The position numbers were made by a program, and so were the translations under genes. A DNA stretch of 63,952 nt, filler included, from Sluysia triapertura (Eukaryota), in NCBI GenBank assembly GCA_046118255.1. It is 5 parts of 5 records of this genome, joined end to end, with 100 filler letters (N's around TTAATTAATTAA, not from the genome) between each part and the next. Parts side by side here need not be neighbours in the genome. Positions count along the whole stretch, not along the records: positions 40,245 to 52,102 come from JBJNIA010163371.1; positions 52,203 to 63,952 come from JBJNIA010173698.1; 3 more parts are not named here. One strand, 5' to 3'. Below the pieces are notes generated by a model, which saw only the letters and a program-made list of their open reading frames with translations, was not told the DNA's origin and ran no database searches. Of this stretch, positions 42,991-54,040 are shown one piece after another (positions within the stretch are counted from its first letter, which is position 1; every line of letters starts with the position of its first letter).

Positions 42991-43890
42991 CAATTTACTT
43001 CATTTACAATATGATTAGACGATTATCAAAATCAGGTGCAATTACAAATGTAAAGAAAGAATATTCTAGTTTGAAATCAGTCTTTCCTATTCTATTCTTT
43101 ATATTTTTATTAAGATATCCTCAATTTTTAATAAATAATTGCAAGCAAGATTTAACTTCTGTCTATATATTATCAAAATTCACTGTTTAAGTTTCACTGC
43201 AGTCTATATTTCAACTTAGACTAATTGATTCGTAATTATTATGTGCAAAACTTGATGTATCTTTTTTAATAGTTCCATTAATTGTAACAGTAATTTAAAT
43301 TATAAACGAATTAAATTATCGTAATCGTGAATCACTAAAAATTTGACTTTTATAAAATCCAAGGTAACCTTTTGGTTTAATGTAAACTGGATAAGGTGCA
43401 TCTGATTTTTGTCGACTTAACTGATGTCCAGCTAACACTGATAGCTCAACTTTAACTGGTCTTAGATGTATTTTTACATTTTCAAAACATGTATAACTCC
43501 AAAAACAGATAAAAGACAAAAGCTTAATTTATTTCTTTGCAATTTCAAGTAAACATTTACATCTGAAATCTAAAATTTTGGTTGATTAAAAAATCTAACA
43601 ATAATGAATCGCACACTGGAAACCTTTTTTGATTTTTCAATTAATTGCATTCCACGACTTTTATTGGAATCGCATATTATAGCACGCTATAACAGCTTCA
43701 GTATCACGAATATAATTGAGAATATTTTCTAAGATTGCATTCGGTGCATAATTAAGTTTTGCACAACTCATTATTTATCATTAAATATATAGTTTTTGGC
43801 CTTTTGGATGATTGGAGAAATTTACTTGTGGTAATTACTCTTCAGTTCTGCCAACAAAAACTGGCAATGTATATTTTGTATCGTCCAACT
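42990..43890 (-). pseudogene. Polinton major capsid protein (double jelly-roll), decayed
   Basis: DFFNQPKF*ISDVNVYLKLQRNKLSFCL, FENVKIHLRPVKVELSVLAGHQLSRQKSDAPYPV and INGTIKKDTSSFAHNNYESISL match Polinton MCP motifs (DxFNQ, VRKVKV..S(V)L..H...AKYP, NGxxxxNPFNF). Confidence 0.8.
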
Positions 43891-43929
43891 CGCTTAATTA
43901 AAGGAAAAGCAAATACTTATTAACTATCT

Positions 43930-44010
43930 GCTACCATATTGTTTCCCAACAAAATATGGTAATTCACCATCTATTTGCGGTCGACTCTGAGCTTAAATAA
44001 TTTCAGGAAT
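43930..44010 (-). pseudogene. Polinton small core-protein gene remnant
   Basis: QIDGELPYFVGKQYGS lies between mCP and MCP and resembles the QxGxxLPxFxG..QxGxG core-protein motif. Confidence 0.5.
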
Positions 44011-44019
44011 CGTTGTATT

Positions 44020-44921
44020 TTTCGTAAATTAATAGTAAATGTCATGATTTTCATGTTCTTTAGTATTTTCTAACCAAACTGATCTCAATAATGGTACTTT
44101 TTTGTTTCCAACATAAATCTGTCCAACTAAATTTAAGTAAATTTACATGTACAGCTTTATATACTATTCTTTTATCACATCTATTAAAAGTAAACCTTAA
44201 ACATGCTGATAAAGTTTTCCCTAAAATAACTGCACCATGATCATCTTAAGCTATAAAATCATTTTATTATTTTCTAATTCAACTTTTGAAGGCGTTCCAT
44301 TTCAAATTTAATTGCATCGATGAATTCTGTAACGCTATTACAAAAATAGTTTTTATTAAAAGTGACATTTGTATTGATTCGCAACTATCGATTCAATTTC
44401 AAATTCAGCTGAAATACCAAGCGTTGTTTTAGCATTACTGAATTTACTTGGAATATTGGCTATAAAATAGGGACTATATGATACATAATCTTGTATAGAA
44501 AATTCAAAATCAATATTAAATTTCTAGATGGATAATAATTTCATTATTATTATTATTATTTTATTGTCAATATAATGATGCTTATTTGGATAATAATCCA
44601 TGATTTTTAATATTATTTTCCATAAAAGTTCGTTGAAATATTGTATTTTATCTATTTTTCTACAATACATTATTTATCAAAAAGTTTATTTTTTATTTAT
44701 TAATGTTAACAGTAAATTTTGGCCACATTAATTCTTTAATTAAATAGTATTCTATTCCCTACCTAATTGAAATTTTATAAAAGTTATAAGTAAATTTGAC
44801 TCGTGCAGCTTCCAATTTATCAGATAATTTTATTGGATTTTGAAATACTAGCATTGTTGTACGGCTGAGCGAATAGACAACTATTGTTTGGTAATATTAA
44901 ATGAAATCTTCCACTACTCAT
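44020..44921 (-). pseudogene. Polinton minor capsid protein (penton), decayed
   Basis: Start MSSGRFHLILPNNSC..PYNNAS, then NPIKLSDKLEAARVKFTY, and C-terminal NLVGQIYVGNKKVPLLRSV (VGD..APLLR motif). Confidence 0.8.
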
Positions 44922-44959
44922 TTGGCGATAATAAATAAATTACGTTGACACTTATTTCA

Positions 44960-45010
44960 CTAATTGAGATTCAAGTATCCATTCGGATTTCTTATTGCAG
45001 ATGTTTCTTT
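44960..45010 (-). pseudogene. C-terminal remnant of Polinton packaging ATPase
   Basis: ETSAIRNPNGYLNL (like ATxxPYGYL) immediately upstream of the mCP start. Confidence 0.4.
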
Positions 45011-46389
45011 TACTATTTATATTTATATAAAAATCGGGTTCGCTTATAGTGAACGTTTTTCAACACAAAGAGAAGCGAGACTTTAGTATTTACTAGATCA
45101 AGCTTCTATGAATATTACAAAGGCGGGGGATTAGCTGAATTTAATTAATCGTATATATTTAGGCTTAATTCCATTAAGGTATAACATTTATCTTGTTTTT
45201 TCCTTTACGAAAATTTGTAATATTTTATATTATTAAATCTTTATTTTCAAAAGTTAGTTGAGACGAATAGTTTTTTGAACTCGAAAACTCCCACTACACA
45301 ATTAGATGTTGAGATAAGTGACTCATTTTGCTATTGTCAATTTTACTATTTTTCGTAAATGATATGAATGAGACCTATATGATGTCCCAACCAATTTATT
45401 AACATTAAATTAAATTCATTTAATTTTGTGGAAGTTATAAAATTTCGCATTTTTTAAAATAAATTTTCTTTTTTAAAGTTTAAGTAAATTTTTCGTTTAA
45501 TTTAATGTAAATTTAGTATATATTTCTATATATTCATAAATTAAAAGATTTAAGAAAGTTAGCTACTTAGAATGATCGAATATGAACGTAAATATTTGGT
45601 GTGTTACAATTATTAATTCGAATTGCTTTACAATAGGTAAGTATAATACTACATACATCGAAACTATATTATAACAATAAATAAGCTTTTAAATAATTAC
45701 AAGGTATAAATTAAACAAGATACAAAATTTAAATAACAATTTAGCGTAATCAATCAATGCAATCACGTGGTGGAATTTAAATATTACAAATAAAAATTCA
45801 ACTTCACCAATTATTTCTAATTAATCTAATGTCGTGATTAAGGACGCAGACACTATGACAGCTTGTTGTCAAGCTACCACTTAACTTTAATATTTATTGC
45901 TTATTTCTTTATTTTAACAAAGCTTCGAATGTTTTAACTATAATTTGATTTTCATTTGATAATGTCCATTCTTCAATTTTTCTTTATGACAATTAATTAA
46001 AATGTTTAAAGACTTATCATTGAACCATTTCACGTTCATTTTTTTTTATTTATGTCAATATTTCAATTCATTTGGTATATCATTTGCCAATATTGCATTC
46101 TCCTTTATATATTATCTAACTATTAATAAAGTTAAATTAAAATTAGATCGCTCAATTACAAGATACTCTGACAGTACTTCGTCAAATCATGCTTCGCATT
46201 TACAATAAATTATATATCAAATTATACTGCGAACATAATTTGTGTAACAAAAATGATTTTATTCAATATTGCTTTAATATTTTAATTAAGTTAATTAACA
46301 AATAATTAATTAAGTGTTTTAAGCTTTAAAGTTACATATCATATATTCCATCAAACCTTCCAACTACCCTAGTTTATTAAAAACTTATT

Positions 46390-46460
<71 letters not shown>

Positions 46461-46759
46461 ACACCCAACGTAAATATATAGGTAGCCATAAAAGAGGTCT
46501 GGTGACTCATTCATAATTATGTATTCTTGTTGCATCTTTAATATTTTTAGTAACAATAAATCGATATCAGATCAATTTACTTAATAGAATCTCAATAAAT
46601 TCAATAATCACTAAATCAAATATAAATTATCACAGATTTTCTTATTTTAACAATATTTATTTAACCCAAATACCACGTTTTTCAATTCAAATTAATAAAA
46701 ATAAATCAATAATTTAATAATTACAAAATAGTAATATGAGTGAATTAAATAAAATGGCT

Positions 46760-48450
46760 AAATCCCAAAATTAATAATAATTTTTTAACAATATTAGGAA
46801 CACAATAATCTATCCAAAAATACCAGAGGTAACGCAACAAAAATCAAATTATAAATATGTAAAAAGGTTAATGATAATAATACTTAAATATTTCGGATAA
46901 TTTTATTTTAACTTAATAACGGTTAAATATTATAAAAACAATTTGGACAGAGATCCTCCCAAAAATCAATTTATCAATGTCTAATAATAATAAAACTTAA
47001 ATATTTTAAAATAATTTTATTTCAACTTAATAATAGAAATATCATAAAATAATTTGGGCAGGAATACTCCCAAAAATCATTTTATAAATATCTAAAAAAT
47101 ATACTAATAAAAAATTAAGAATTCCCCAAAAAATTTTATTATCCATATTAATAATAATTAAAATAAAAAAAATAAAAATAACAAAACAAAAACAAATAAG
47201 CCTTACGAAAAGCATGGCTCTTCTAATGAATATATGTTACAACTTGATTTTGTGTTTGTGTTGAAAAAATTTTAAGTTTCTTATTTTATATTTTTCATCA
47301 TCCAATCAATCCTGAGTTTCACAATAAAACACTCTCACTCTTTGAGAATAAGACCGACAATAACAACTTTGAGAATTAGACCGACAATAACAACTTTGAC
47401 AATTAGACCGACAATAACAACTTTGACAATTACATAGTAAGGTCTGTCAAATTTCATTAGTCACAAAAAAAATTTTATTAATGATCAACTAGTATTATTT
47501 CTTGATCTACTTTTACTTGATCTATTTTTATTTAAATTAATTCTCACATCATAATAAAAATCAACAATACAGTTAACATACATAAAAAGAATGAATTTAT
47601 TTTTAGTTTGTAGAATTTAATTGATTTTCGGTTTTTCACTACCCAATTTTCTAATGAAAAATGTTTAAGGTAATTACTCTCAAACAAACTACTATACAAA
47701 CTCACTTTTAGATCCTCCTCTTTCATAGCAATAATCTCATATTCAATTCATTGCCTTTTCATTATTCTAAATACACAACATTCCATTTTTAAAAACTAAT
47801 TGAAATGTGGCTTTCACTGCATGAACTTGGTCATACCATGCCTTCATCGAAAGGTCTTTTTAAAACAAATACATACAAATTTAACATAGCATTCCGCATT
47901 CAAAAGTTATTCACAAAAACGTACTTTTTCTTAATTAAGATTTTAATTAATCTTTTTTCAGACTTAATCTTATTTTATGTTTAAAGGTTTTATTAAGGTC
48001 CTAAATTTATATAGTAGTTTATAAGGCATTCAAGTGGATCTAGATGTTTTCACATCAACCTCTGATTCCTTTTTCTACTCTTCATGTTAATTGTTACCGT
48101 ACTAGATTTATCCATAACAATGATTTTATTTCTCAGATACTTCGAAGATTTTAAATACTTTATAAGGTCACTCGAAGGTCTTTAATGCTTATCAAAGTTT
48201 CAAGAATACTTAAAGGTTAATAAAGTCTCTGATGATCTCAATGTTCACAAATTCAAAGGTGCCTCAATATCTTTATATGTTCTCCAAATTCACAAGGTCT
48301 CAATATCCCATATAGGTCTTCGGAATTCACACTCTCAACAAAACTATAATTGTTTCTGTCTTCATCATTTTATATTAATTCTTCATAAGCTTATAATGTC
48401 ATGTGTTTCTCATCCATCTTTTGTTCCACAGTTGGGCAATTCCAACATTG
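46760..48450 (-). repeat. Dispersed repeat, copy B (segment Y 48450-47820 then segment X 47530-46760)
   Basis: Inverted, diverged homologue of 22250-23640 with the two segments in swapped order. Confidence 0.75.
47351..47431. repeat. Three tandem 27-bp units agaccgacaataacaactttga(g/c)aatt
   Basis: Directly abutting copies with no spacers. Only a single copy is present in the homologous region near 22350-22380. Confidence 0.9.
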
Positions 48451-49064
48451 GCAACGTGAGATTAAGTAAAAATTTAAACAAATACTAAAGTCTGAAGACT
48501 TTAGAGTGAGATGAATGTAATTGATTTTTGAGATAATACATAAATTATGTAACATACAAAAAAGTTATAAGTTTAATAACTACGGCTATTTAAATACAAA
48601 AAATTCATTTGTCGTTACAAAACATAAAAGAAATATAAATGTTAAGAAGTTTTAATATTTATGCTTTTATAATCATAATAAAGTTACATCTAGTTGAAAA
48701 GTTAGCAAGATTAAAATGTGCTAAATTGTCTAATTTAACTAAAATATATGCATCGTTTAAAATTTATTGTAATATTCTTTTATATATAAGTAGATAGTAA
48801 ATAGTAAGGCTCTTTTTCACTCGAATAATTTCATAAATTCAAAAAAGTCAAATAAAACAGATCCGAAATTTATTATTTATTTTATTTTTCAATTCAAGCA
48901 AGAAAATATAAAAAGAATGATATATATTATTTATAAAATTTATAAAATAAAAAATTACTTATTCTTCGGATTCATATTTTCCATTTTCAGTTGTTGATAG
49001 TACAAAAATTTTGCAGCATTTAATACATTTAGAAGATAGTTTCCAGAATATATATGAAGCTTGA

Positions 49065-49110
<46 letters not shown>

Positions 49111-49145
49111 GTATAACATTTTACTTTTTATTACTCTTAAGCAAC

Positions 49146-49296
49146 AGGCATAAATAATGATAGTATAATTGACTATAATAAAACAAAAATGTTAGACGGG
49201 AATGATAGCTCCGTAGTCAGAGCATCGAACTGCACAGCTGTGAAACTAGAGGTGCCGGGTTCGATTCCCGATCAGTCCATTTTATGAAGTCTAACA
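49146..49296 (+). mobile_element. Copy of tRNA-cored element (left end decayed)
   Basis: tgactataataaaac...tgttagac, A-box-like tagctccgtag, B box ggttcgattcc, ending tcagtccattttatgaagtctaaca. Confidence 0.8.
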
Positions 49297-51014
49297 ATAT
49301 GACGTTGGGGAGTTTGCAGTATTTTATTATTATGATTATTAGTCATATTATGATTATTCGAAGTATTGCAATTGTTAGGATCATTTAACTCCAAAATACA
49401 TTGGGAAATTTTTATTTCATATAAATTTTATAAGCGCAATGGATTTATAACCAGTTCTATACTCCTCGATGATGCTAGAGATAGAATTTGATTTGTAATT
49501 AAAATAAGTTAAAATCTTAATTCATTATATTCAAAATAAATTAAAAGATTAATATACCATTGTTTAATATTTTAAAAAGAATAAAAATTAAATTATAAAT
49601 ATTAGGATTGTTAAAGTTAGGTTATATTTGATTAAAAACCGATTCCGGTTGTGTTGTTGAATCAACAAGACAGACATGCAATCGTCAGTAAGGTGTAGAT
49701 CTAAAATTAAATTAAAAATCATATTGAAAATAAAAATTAATTTGAAATTAAATTAATTAATAAAATATAGTAATAAAATTTATGGAAATTACGAAATTAA
49801 TATAAAAATTAATAATAAAAAAATATNNNNNNNNNNNNNNNNNNNNNNNNNNNNNNNNNNNNNNNNNNNNNNNNNNNNNNNNNNNNNNNNNNNNNNNNNN
49901 NNNNNNNNNNNNNNNNNNNNNNNNNNNNNNNNNNNNNNNNNNNNNNNNNNNNNNNNNNNNNNNNNNNNNNNNNGAATAAGTTGCATGCGACTAGAAATAT
50001 GATAACGATATATTGTCGCTTGTCTCATATTATAAAGGCTATGAAAATATGTTTTAATGTATAAAATTGATAAAAATACATTTGTTGATTAACTTAATTA
50101 AATTACTTAAAAACGCATTGTAAAATTACTTTGGATTAAAGTGATTTTTTAAATATATTATGAATAGAAAAATTGAAGTTTTTCAATTTAAATTATCGGA
50201 GTTAATGCAAGAAATAATTATGATAATTAATTTTGAAAGCCTTACAAGGAATTACATATCATAGAATAATCAAATAAACTAGCAATATATAGATATCCCT
50301 AAGAAGCATCGACTCCTAAATTGATATTTAATCAAAAAAATGTAGAATTGACATATTGAAAACGGATTTTCTTACATTAGAAGTTATTGGAATTAGAGGG
50401 AGTCATATCAAAAGTTAATTTGATAGTTTTATGAGGAAATATAATTTTGTAAAATGTTCTTTATTTTGCTTATTGAAAAATATAAAAAATTGTAATGTAA
50501 AGTCAATTAGTCAAATCAATCATTTTTAGAAGATTAGGAACTTGCAAAACTTATTAGATATAATCTTACTTAGTTTGATTGAGTGTTCATTTTGGCCATC
50601 ATATGAACCAAGAATTATGTTTCATCTAACGTCATTGAGCGGACATCCGTGAGGTAGATTCGATAACAGTTTATCATTATTTCATTTTAAATTGATTATA
50701 TTCATTTAATGTTTTGGAGACATTAAAGGTTTGGTTACTATTTGTTAATATTCAAATTTTCATTTCATTTTTCTTCTTGCGATGTCTCTGTTTCATCCTT
50801 GACCTTTTCTATTTGCTATTTAAATTTGGAAAGTTCTGTTTTATATTTCTTACATTCTGTTTTTGTTTTGTTTTTATTTACTTCTTGAATTAAATGCGTT
50901 TCTTTCTTGATTTAAGAAAGATAGATTAATCTTGATTTATTTATAGTTTACTTAAATATTATATTTTCGATAATTTACTATGAAATTAAATAATTTTAAT
51001 AAAATAATTCATTC

Positions 51015-51067
<53 letters not shown>

Positions 51068-52271
51068 TCTTTATAATATTCCGCTATAAGGTCGGGATTA
51101 TTCACAATATCTGGATAGAAAAGTGCAATGTACATATTTTTCATCTAAATAAAATAATTTACTATTAAAATTAATTTATAACTTCATACATAAGCTTCAC
51201 TTAATATTCATTTAGAACTTCGTAATTAAATTAAGTTAGCGCTAAACCATCTCTGCAGGGAAGGAGCATGGTTTAGTGCAGGTAAATCTATCTACAAGCC
51301 ATCTTTGGTCATAAGACAAATTACAGCTCGGATGCATAATTTAAACTAAGTTTTTAAAGTTTGCGGTGGTTCTATTTAATCCGATTTGCTAATTAAGTGT
51401 AGTAAGTTCAACTTTATTGTTCTTACATTTTATTTTTGTTTTCTTTTTATTTATTTCTTAAATTAAATTTATTTCCTTTTTTATTTCAGAAATTTTATGT
51501 TGCTTGTTTTGAAGATACAAAGCTTACTTTATATTTTATATTATTAATTTAAAATTAAACATAAAAATTTTTATTAAATATAATTTTGTTTTATTTGAAA
51601 AATAGTAAATCAAATAATTAAATAAACAATTTAAACAAAAACATAAACGCTATCTTTTAAATGATTTATTATTTTGATATTGAATTTAGAAATGGTATTA
51701 CATAAACATATAAATATGTATGTAAAACATATTATCATGAAGTGATAAGAAATATTTTATTAATTTATTTTCGACAACAAAAAGATGAAACAAAAAAGAA
51801 ATTCAAGTAAGTGGATACACAAAAAGTATTTACGTATAAAACAAAACCAGTTGACTGATATTTGTGGTACATTAGGCAACCGTACATTATCCGCACGATA
51901 GGAATAACATGGTTTGAGATGTTATAAACAACCTTTTATCTCTATATTGTAACACTCAAAATCATCCAGGAACAGATAACAAGTTACTTTTTATAATCAT
52001 TAGTAGCTTGATTAAATCATTGATATTGTTCGGTTTTTTCTACTTTTACCTGAACAATTATAAAATACAATTTGTTTATAATTTGGGTTCGCCTACGTCA
52101 ATNNNNNNNNNNNNNNNNNNNNNNNNNNNNNNNNNNNNNNNNNNNNTTAATTAATTAANNNNNNNNNNNNNNNNNNNNNNNNNNNNNNNNNNNNNNNNNN
52201 NNATATATATATTTGTTATTTATATTATATATGTAAAAATTGTTATAATGTTGAAATAAATGTTTTCAATT

Positions 52272-52334
52272 CATCGAACTGCGTAGCTCTTGAGGTCCCG
52301 GGTTTGATGCCGGTCAGTCCATTTTACAAAGTCT
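52272..52334 (+). mobile_element. Partial copy of tRNA-cored element (3' half of core)
   Basis: catcgaactgcgtagc...gaggtcccgggtttgatgccggtcagtccattttacaaagtct. Confidence 0.7.
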
Positions 52335-52724
52335 GTATGTATGATAATTTGATGCATAATAAATGTATGTGAAAATTCATTATACAACTCGACATATTAT
52401 ATAAAGAATTCGTGTTAGTGCAATAGAAATAATTACTCATGATACTTTGGAAAACGAAAATTAAATGTCGGTGGTAGACAATATTTTGGTGAAGTAAAAA
52501 AACTACCAATTTTGCCATATAATAGCTATAGTTGAACTGCTTTGGAACCACTTGCAAAAAAGTCTCACAATTACCTCTGGATTGTTTTTGTACTTGAAGA
52601 TTTCGTATACTTATTTAATAATGAATATGAATATAAACAACCATTATCAAAGACATTCTACTTATACCGATGCTATAGTGACTTTTAATGTACTTGAAGA
52701 ATTCAGACGCCCAACAAATGAGAC

Positions 52725-52935
52725 AAAAGATACCCTGTGAAATTGGCACACTATTGGAACAATTATAGCGCTTGATAAAAAAGAACTTCACACATTTAAA
52801 ATAACTGACAATAATATAGTTAAATACATTAAATTTGAAATAATCGATTATTATGGGTCTGAGAATTACTATCCAATCACATTGGTGCGTATAGATGGGA
52901 ATTTTTATGAAATAATCAATTATAAATGTGCTTAA
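52725..52935 (+). pseudogene. SUCO/SLP1-type (mid-)SUN domain fragment with frameshift
   Basis: KRYPVK /frameshift/ WHTIGTIIALDKKELHTFKITDNNIVKYIKFEIIDYYGSENYYPITLVRIDG matches the RYP..W..LG.F...D....Q.F......KY.K.E...H.GSE..CP.SL.RV.G signature. Confidence 0.7.
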
Positions 52936-53025
52936 TTATAACTTCTAAGTCAGTCCAGCAGAATAATACACTAGCATAATTATCAATCCAATTAAATGAT
53001 CAATAAGCATCAGAATCTTCATTAA

Positions 53026-53319
53026 CCGTTTGAGTGCGGGAGAATTTTATCATGCATATGCTAAAAGTACGGGATGAAATGCGTAGTATTTTGGGGGGAA
53101 ACAATGAAAATGTTTATAATTAACACTAATTGTTATGTAACAAGTAATTTTGATCAAAAAATACTTTTTATTTTCACTTATTACAAAAATGTTTTGTAAA
53201 ATTCAACGAACTCCTTTCTTCGCATTATCGATACAAAACAAGAAAAGCGCTATCGCGCTGGGCCGTATTTTTGGCATACGACAAGTGAAGTGCGATAGCG
53301 CTTCGCCGGACTCAAAGGG
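53026..53319. mobile_element. piggyBac-type MITE (294 bp)
   Basis: TTAA|CCGTTTGAGTGCGG...CCGGACTCAAAGGG|TTAA, with subterminal inverted pair agcgctatcgcgct / agtgcgatagcgct. Confidence 0.8.
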
Positions 53320-53912
53320 TTAAATAACTATTATTTTATTTGACATTGGCGGAACCATCCAATTTATAATCCAATGATTTATTATTTTATCAAAACAATC
53401 AAGTAAATTTGATTTTATCCGGTTTCCATTCATAAGAACAAGCTATCCATAAAGTACAACTTATTCATTGTCAATCCCAATTGACACAAATTAAAATTAA
53501 AGTCAAATTAGCTTATTAATGGAATTTTGTAATATGGATTTAGAATACTAAAATCTAGTTCAGTATTTATTACCATCAAAATTACAAAATTACATAAATT
53601 AAATTGAACACGTTTAAAATAAAACGATACTTCGTAAAACCAGCACAAAATATTGAAGAAATATAAATATTAATGCATAAATTGGAAATTTGTCTATTAT
53701 TGAGTCATATTTGCTATAAGTACGCTTATGTATCAAATTCATAATTAAATATATTCTGTTTCAACGTTCACATCGAATATAATTGTAATTTGTTAATTAG
53801 TCAGAAATGCCGTCTGACTTGGTTATCAAAAAGCAATGAAATGTATTAGAATGATAGCATGTAAAATTGTTTATAAAATTGACAAACGGATAAAACCCTG
53901 AAAAAGTGGGTA

Positions 53913-54040
53913 TGCTGGGGTAAAAATGCCTAACGTGCCATTTAGTAAAACTGACTATAATAAAATAAAATCGTTAGAAGGGGCTGATAACTCACTGGTA
54001 GAGTTCGATCCCCGGTCAGTCCATTTTATGAAGTCTAACA
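53913..54040 (+). mobile_element. Internally deleted copy of tRNA-cored element, TG...ACA ends, near-TSD GGTA/GATA
   Basis: Leader gcctaacgtgcca...tgactataataaaataaaatcgttaga. The core lacks the anticodon arm. Ends gttcgatccccggtcagtccattttatgaagtctaaca. Confidence 0.8.

Noticed and set aside
32368-46300. Polinton integrase gene and terminal inverted repeats
   Set aside because: No rve-type D,D(35)E motifs or AG...CT TIR ends could be recognised; the big palindrome has no spacer and so is not a TIR pair.
47351-47431. Three 27-bp direct repeats as a CRISPR array
   Set aside because: No spacers, eukaryotic context and no cas genes; a local tandem triplication within a dispersed repeat.
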